This document shows positions 59,236 through 64,000 of a stretch of DNA of 64,000 bases, one piece after another. The notes under the pieces are model-generated. The model saw nothing but the letters and a program-made list of their open reading frames with translations, searched no databases and was not told the origin of the DNA. The DNA is from Candidatus Spongiisociaceae bacterium (GTDB lineage Bacteria; Actinomycetota; Acidimicrobiia; Spongiisociales; Spongiisociaceae), in NCBI GenBank assembly GCA_965262915.1, contig OZ253564.1, positions 3,648,001 to 3,712,000 of the forward strand. The letters are read 5' to 3'. Numbering within the stretch: position 1 is the first letter of the stretch; every line of letters starts with the position of its first letter. The translations under genes and the position numbers were made by a program.

Positions 59236-59444
59236 CCTCAGCACCGGAACCGTCTGCTCGGGCCCTCAGAAGACGGTCACCGCACCCAGGAATCGACTGG
59301 CCTTCGTACGTGGTCTGCGGTAGGAAGGTGGCTCCGGCGAGGTCTCCGGCTGCTCGGGGTTCGAGGATGCCCAGGCGGTCATACCAACGGAGCGCGACGT
59401 CGCCTATCGGTCCCTCATCGTTGTTCTGCTCTTCCTTCGCGTAT

Positions 59445-59651
59445 TCATTCGATCACCGCACTCAGCACGGTTATCACTAATCCGGCACTACCGAGCGCCG
59501 CAGCCATGATTAGAACAGCAAGCCACCTGGTCATGCTCGTCATGCGCTGTTCCACCGTCAGCAAGGCATTGGCCATGTCGGTACGTAGCTCGGCCTGACG
59601 GGCTTCATCCTTTGCGTCCACGACAGCCACCGTAGCTGCATCGAGGGCCAT
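59445..59651 (-). CDS. Small coiled-coil + TM hypothetical protein
   Basis: AAGGAG RBS; ELRTDMA..EQRMTSMTRWL followed by a hydrophobic tail. Confidence 0.55.
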   Translation of the reverse strand: MALDAATVAVVDAKDEARQAELRTDMANALLTVEQRMTSMTRWLAVLIMAAALGSAGLVITVLSAVIE

Positions 59652-59807
59652 GTCGTATCTCCTTCCGGTCTCAACGACAACTATAACATATTTCTATGCT
59701 TGCTTGCATATCGTTACTGGTTGACTAAATCAGCGTGTAGCCCCGCTTCAGCGCCGAGCAGGAACCACTCCATCCCATTCGTTGGTCCATCGAGGCCAAC
59801 AAATACC

Positions 59808-60569
59808 TCAGAGGCCCCGGCCGCCGTCCACGGAGATCAGCTCTCCGGTAACCATCCGGGCGTCCGTCGACGCCGCCCACGCTGCGACGCCGGCCACCTC
59901 ATCGGGTTGTACGAGGCGGCCCATGGGGATCGCCTCGGCAATCGCTGCGCGGCTCTCCGGAGTGTTCGCACCGCCCATGAACTCGACCAGCATCGGCGTG
60001 TCCGATGCGGCAGGGCACAGTGCCACGACCCGTATGTTCCGTGGAGCGAGCTCGAGGGCCAGGCTTCGGGTGAGAGTGGCTACCGCCCCCTTGCTCGCCG
60101 TATACGCGGCGTATCCGGGACGGGGCCGGATCGAGATGTTCGATGCGATGTTGACGATGACCGGCTCTTGCGACTGCGCCAGATGAGGTAGGGCGGCCCG
60201 GATCGTGAGGAACACGCTCCGAACGTTGATGGAAAAGATACGGTCGAATTCGGCCTCACCGGTCTCTTCGATGGGCTTGGGACGCTGACCCACCCCTGCG
60301 CAGTTCACCAGCACGTCGATCCCGCCGAGACCACGCACCGACTCCTCGACAGCACGCTCCAGATCGGCAGCCAACACCAGGTCGGCTTGTACAAGAATCG
60401 CAGTCGATCCGGTGGCGCGGATCCGGTCGGCCACAAGAGCGATGCCGTCGCCGTCGCGATCGACCAGAGCTACCGACGCACCTTCCAGGGCGTACCGCCG
60501 GCTGATGGCCGCGCCGATACCCGACGCCGCGCCGGTTACCACCGCCCTCCGACCCAGCAGTCCGGACAC
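59808..60569 (-). CDS. SDR oxidoreductase
   Basis: TGAASGIG, NCAG, YTASK. Confidence 0.93.
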   Translation of the reverse strand: MSGLLGRRAVVTGAASGIGAAISRRYALEGASVALVDRDGDGIALVADRIRATGSTAILVQADLVLAADLERAVEESVRGLGGIDVLVNCAGVGQRPKPIEETGEAEFDRIFSINVRSVFLTIRAALPHLAQSQEPVIVNIASNISIRPRPGYAAYTASKGAVATLTRSLALELAPRNIRVVALCPAASDTPMLVEFMGGANTPESRAAIAEAIPMGRLVQPDEVAGVAAWAASTDARMVTGELISVDGGRGL

Positions 60570-60651
60570 GTCAGTCCTCCCGATTCAATCCGTGAACGGG
60601 CAACCTACCAGCTACGATCCACACCCACAGGTTGAGAGAAGGAGGACAAGC

Positions 60652-61314
60652 GTGGGCGAGCAGACATCGAGTCAGGCTCAGTGGTTCTGGGATAACACCG
60701 ACGACATATGGTCCGCGATCATAAGCCACCCTTTCCTCGTCGAACTCGAAGCAGGAACACTCCCCGACGAGGTACTCCGCTTCTACTTCGAGCAGAACCT
60801 CCAGTACGTCGACGCCGTCTACAGATGCCGGCTGGTTGCGGCCGCCAAGGCTCCCGACAAGGAAACCTTCGACCTGCTCACACGCGATTGGAACCTCGAG
60901 CCCAGCGACGAGCGGCAGGGAGACTTGCTCGTGAGTTTCGGAGGCGACCCTGACAACCTGCCGCCTATGGCACCGGCGTGCCGGGGTTACACGTATCACA
61001 TGTGGTACAACGCTCTCGACGGGCGCACCATCGATTGGCTGGCCAGCTTCGTCGCCTGCCCTTGGACATACGACCTGATCGGAGAACAAGTCTCGGGCAA
61101 CATCGGCGAGGAGCGCCGCGAGTCCTGGATGGAGTACTACGGCAGCAAGATCCACCATGACCTCATGGATGACTTCCGCGCTGCTGTCGACCGGCTGACG
61201 GTCGGCCTTGAACAGGATGACCTGGACGGGCTCCTCAAAAAGTGGCGCCTCGGCATGCGGTACGAATGGATGTTCTGGGACGACGCCTACCACATGCGGA
61301 GTTGGCCCGTCTGA
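60652..61314 (+). CDS. Second TenA-family protein (QN variant)
   Basis: AAGGAGG RBS + GTG; HPFL...GTLP...FYFEQN, ACPWTY, YEWMFWDDAY. Confidence 0.88.
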   Translation: MGEQTSSQAQWFWDNTDDIWSAIISHPFLVELEAGTLPDEVLRFYFEQNLQYVDAVYRCRLVAAAKAPDKETFDLLTRDWNLEPSDERQGDLLVSFGGDPDNLPPMAPACRGYTYHMWYNALDGRTIDWLASFVACPWTYDLIGEQVSGNIGEERRESWMEYYGSKIHHDLMDDFRAAVDRLTVGLEQDDLDGLLKKWRLGMRYEWMFWDDAYHMRSWPV

Positions 61315-61450
61315 ACCGATCAAATCGCGTTTTCGCGTGACCCGCGACGTAGGCGCGGGTATCATCGATATCGCACGGAAGGCAACCCGGCCCTAGCGAC
61401 CCCTACGAATTAGGGCCCGAGCCTCGAAGCGCCCCTACGAGGGAGGCCCA

Positions 61451-63358
61451 ATGATCTGGAAGAGGTTCTGCTACCCAATCACATTGCTGGTGGCTTTCGC
61501 AATCGTTGCCGCCGCGTGCGGCGCCGACGACGAGCCGGCCACCACAGCCGCACCCGCCACCACAGCCGCACCCGCCACCACAGCGGCGGCGACCACGGCC
61601 GAGTCCGCCGGAACGGAGGCTCCCACCACCACAGCGGCGGCGACCACGGCCGAGTCCGCCGGAACGGAGGCTCCCACCACCACAGCGGCGGCGACCGCCA
61701 CCACACCACCGACCACCCAGCCACCGGAGGTCGAGGAGGGTGACGTGATGCGGGCCCCGGACCGCGTGCAGGACGCCGAGACGGTCGTGATCGCGTGGAC
61801 GGGCTATTACAACAGTCTCGATCCGCCCGACAGCCTCGTGAACTTCAACCGTGAGGCCAGCGCCGCCATGTATGACCGCCTCCTCACGTACTCGCTCACC
61901 GAGCGCGAGGACGGAACGCTCGTATGGGACGGCCTCGGGGTGGCGCCAGGGCTCGCCGAGAGCTGGGCGATCGACGGTGGATCGGTTACGTACACGATCC
62001 GCCAGGGCGTGACGTTCAACAAGACCGGCAACCCCTTGACGGCCCACGACATCTGGTACTCCTTCGTGCGGGCTGTCGAGGTGCCCGGGTTCGGGACTTT
62101 CAACTCGGGCCTCGCCGGTATCTTCGAACCATCCCGCCAGCTCACGGTGATCGATGACCACACGATCCGCTTCGACCACGAGTTGACCGATGGGACCCCC
62201 TTCCTGCTGAAGGCTTCGTTACCGAGCATGCGGTTCCCGATCTTCGGGATCGTGGACTCTGTCGAGGTGAAGGCCCGCGCCACGGACGAGGATCCGTGGG
62301 GCCACGAGTGGCTCAAGGAGAACCCGGAGGGCTCAGGCCCTTACGTCATCGAATCGGCGACACCCGGTACCGAGTTGATCCTGAGCCGTGTCCAGGGCCA
62401 TTGGACCGAGGGTGACCAGAGCCAACTCGGGCGGGCCTACAACGGCTTCGACCGAGTGATATACCGGACGCTCAACAGCCCGGCGGACATCACGGCGCTC
62501 ATGTTGGGGGGCGAGGTCGACGTGGCTTTCGCCCTGGGAACCAGGGAACTCACCGCCTTGGGCGAGGCGGGCTTCACGATCGTGAACGCCGAGATTCCCG
62601 ATATCTGGCGCCTCGACCTCCCGGTGACGACGCCGCCCTTCGACAACCCGGCAGTGCGTCAGGCGATCGCGCACGCGGTGCCCTACGACACGATCGTGGA
62701 GAACGTATTCTCGAACGCGACGCGCGCCTACTCCATCGTCAACCCGGCTTCGCCCTCGTTCATCCCGGAGTGGGACTACGACACGGACCTTGACAAGGCC
62801 CGCGACCTGCTGGCGGAGGCCGGCCTGGCAGACGGGTTCGCCACCGAGCTCTTCTACAACTCGGCGCGCCAGGAGTGGGAGGACATCGCCCTCTTCCTCC
62901 AGGCCAGCCTCGGAGAGGTGGGGATCGAGCTCACCCTCCGTCCGCGACCTGCGACGCAGTTCCAGGAAGAGACGACGGCCCGTTACGCCGACGACACGGT
63001 GATGCCCGGCATCCAGATGCGCAACGGGTTGATATGGCTGGACGACGCTGATCCCAACGTCGGTCTGTGGCTCGTGACCCGCGGGTTCCCGGGCCCGGTC
63101 GGTGTGGGCGGGTTCTCGAACGCCAGCCACTACTCGAACATCGAGGTGGACACCCTGCACTTCGAGAACCGGTTCAACCCGGATCTCGAAGCACGGGCCG
63201 AGGCCTACCGCGAGGTCCAGCGGATCGGAGCGCGCGACCTTCCGATGATCCCGCTGGCGGTGCGCGGGTTCCCGGGCGCCGTCCATCCGGCGATCACCGG
63301 CGTGGCGTTCACGGCCGACCCGCATCTACGGTCGTACCTGTTGAGGCCGGCCGGGTGA
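61451..63358 (+). CDS. ABC transporter substrate-binding lipoprotein, family 5 (Dpp/Opp-like)
   Basis: Lipobox AAAC, Thr/Ala linker, SLDP, PGLAESW, GSGPY, PFDNPAVRQAIA. Confidence 0.95.
   Translation: MIWKRFCYPITLLVAFAIVAAACGADDEPATTAAPATTAAPATTAAATTAESAGTEAPTTTAAATTAESAGTEAPTTTAAATATTPPTTQPPEVEEGDVMRAPDRVQDAETVVIAWTGYYNSLDPPDSLVNFNREASAAMYDRLLTYSLTEREDGTLVWDGLGVAPGLAESWAIDGGSVTYTIRQGVTFNKTGNPLTAHDIWYSFVRAVEVPGFGTFNSGLAGIFEPSRQLTVIDDHTIRFDHELTDGTPFLLKASLPSMRFPIFGIVDSVEVKARATDEDPWGHEWLKENPEGSGPYVIESATPGTELILSRVQGHWTEGDQSQLGRAYNGFDRVIYRTLNSPADITALMLGGEVDVAFALGTRELTALGEAGFTIVNAEIPDIWRLDLPVTTPPFDNPAVRQAIAHAVPYDTIVENVFSNATRAYSIVNPASPSFIPEWDYDTDLDKARDLLAEAGLADGFATELFYNSARQEWEDIALFLQASLGEVGIELTLRPRPATQFQEETTARYADDTVMPGIQMRNGLIWLDDADPNVGLWLVTRGFPGPVGVGGFSNASHYSNIEVDTLHFENRFNPDLEARAEAYREVQRIGARDLPMIPLAVRGFPGAVHPAITGVAFTADPHLRSYLLRPAG
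61538..61696 (+). repeat. In-frame tandem repeats (2 x 18 bp, then ~2.3 x 51 bp) in the lipoprotein linker
   Basis: ATTAAP x2; TTAAATTAESAGTEAPT x2, identical at DNA level. Confidence 0.9.
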
Positions 63359-63364
63359 CACGAG

Positions 63365-63417
63365 CGGCTTTCGAGCCGAACGACCGCGGCGTGATCACTG
63401 ATCGCGCCGCGGTCGTT
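63365..63417 (+). terminator. Intergenic hairpins after the SBP gene (stabiliser/attenuator)
   Basis: CGGCT-TTCG-AGCCG followed by a 19-bp stem AACGACCGCGGCGTGATCA / TGATCGCGCCGCGGTCGTT. Confidence 0.65.
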
Positions 63418-63468
63418 TCGTTCACGTATTCCACTTCCGCGCCGCCTCCGACGGAGGCCTGATCGGGG

Positions 63469-64000
63469 ATGGACTCCGGCCTGTCCCGCCAGCTGGTCAT
63501 CAGGCTCCTGTTGGTGCTCCCCGTCATCTTCGGGGTGGTCACCCTGACCTTCCTGGTGTCACGGGTGTTCGCGCCCGATCCGGTAGCGCTCTATATCCCT
63601 CCGCAGGCCGATGAGGAGCTCCGCCAAAAGATCAGGGCCGAGTTGGGCTTCGACAAGTCGATCCCCGATCAGTACGCGGTCTTCCTCGCCGACCTCGCCC
63701 AGGGTGACTTGGGTGAATCGACGATCACGGGGCGGCCCGTCACGAGCGACCTGTGGGACCGTCTCCCCGCGACGATGGAGCTGGCCCTCTTGTCGCTCAC
63801 CTTCGCCGTCGTGGTCGGTGTCCCGCTGGGGGTACTGGCCGGCGCGAAGCGTGACGGCGCGGTGGACTTCTCCGTGAGAGGCATCACCCTGATCGGAATG
63901 GCGTTGCCGTCGTTCTGGCTCGGCCTCGTGCTCATCCTGATCTTCTTCGTGTATCTCGGTTGGTTACCCGGGCCGGTCGGCCGGCTTCCGCTCGGCGCCG
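63469..64000 (+). CDS. ABC transporter permease (DppB-like), runs off the window
   Basis: RLLLVLPVIFGVVTLTF, LGFDKSIPDQY, GDLGES, RLPATMEL, PSFWLG. Confidence 0.92.
   Translation, partial: MDSGLSRQLVIRLLLVLPVIFGVVTLTFLVSRVFAPDPVALYIPPQADEELRQKIRAELGFDKSIPDQYAVFLADLAQGDLGESTITGRPVTSDLWDRLPATMELALLSLTFAVVVGVPLGVLAGAKRDGAVDFSVRGITLIGMALPSFWLGLVLILIFFVYLGWLPGPVGRLPLGA

Overview
High-GC bacterial DNA. The gene style (F420/LLM enzymes, a lipoprotein with ATTAAP repeats) suggests Actinomycetota, possibly Acidimicrobiia, but that is inference. There are three parts. (1) 0.1-14.3 kb: a catabolic cluster with SDR, NicX-like protein, ADH, ALDH, rhodanese, two M20 hydrolases, a split B12 acyl-CoA mutase with an atypical active site, CoA transferase, LLM and epimerase. 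(2) 14.3-34 kb: a decaying accessory island. It has a nested stack of IS630/IS1182/IS110/IS982/ISL3 elements, several joined at CTAG, followed by DUF169, a HEPN-motif protein, broken defence genes (HsdR-AlbA_2, OLD nuclease) and several toxin-antitoxin modules. (3) 34-64 kb: a second catabolic region with six amidohydrolase-superfamily genes (two sharing an apparently identical 869-bp core), a lactonase / CoA ligase / SucC-BCCP-SucD / carboxyltransferase operon, an amidase, hydantoinase A/B, two TenA paralogues that both have Asn in place of the canonical Asp, and an ABC transporter running off the window. The best candidate for an undescribed system is a pathway for N-heterocycle (pyrimidine/thiamine-like) catabolism that uses variant TenA, SucCD-like and B12-mutase enzymes. 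No rRNA, tRNA or CRISPR array was seen. All calls are by-eye motif recognition with no database searches.
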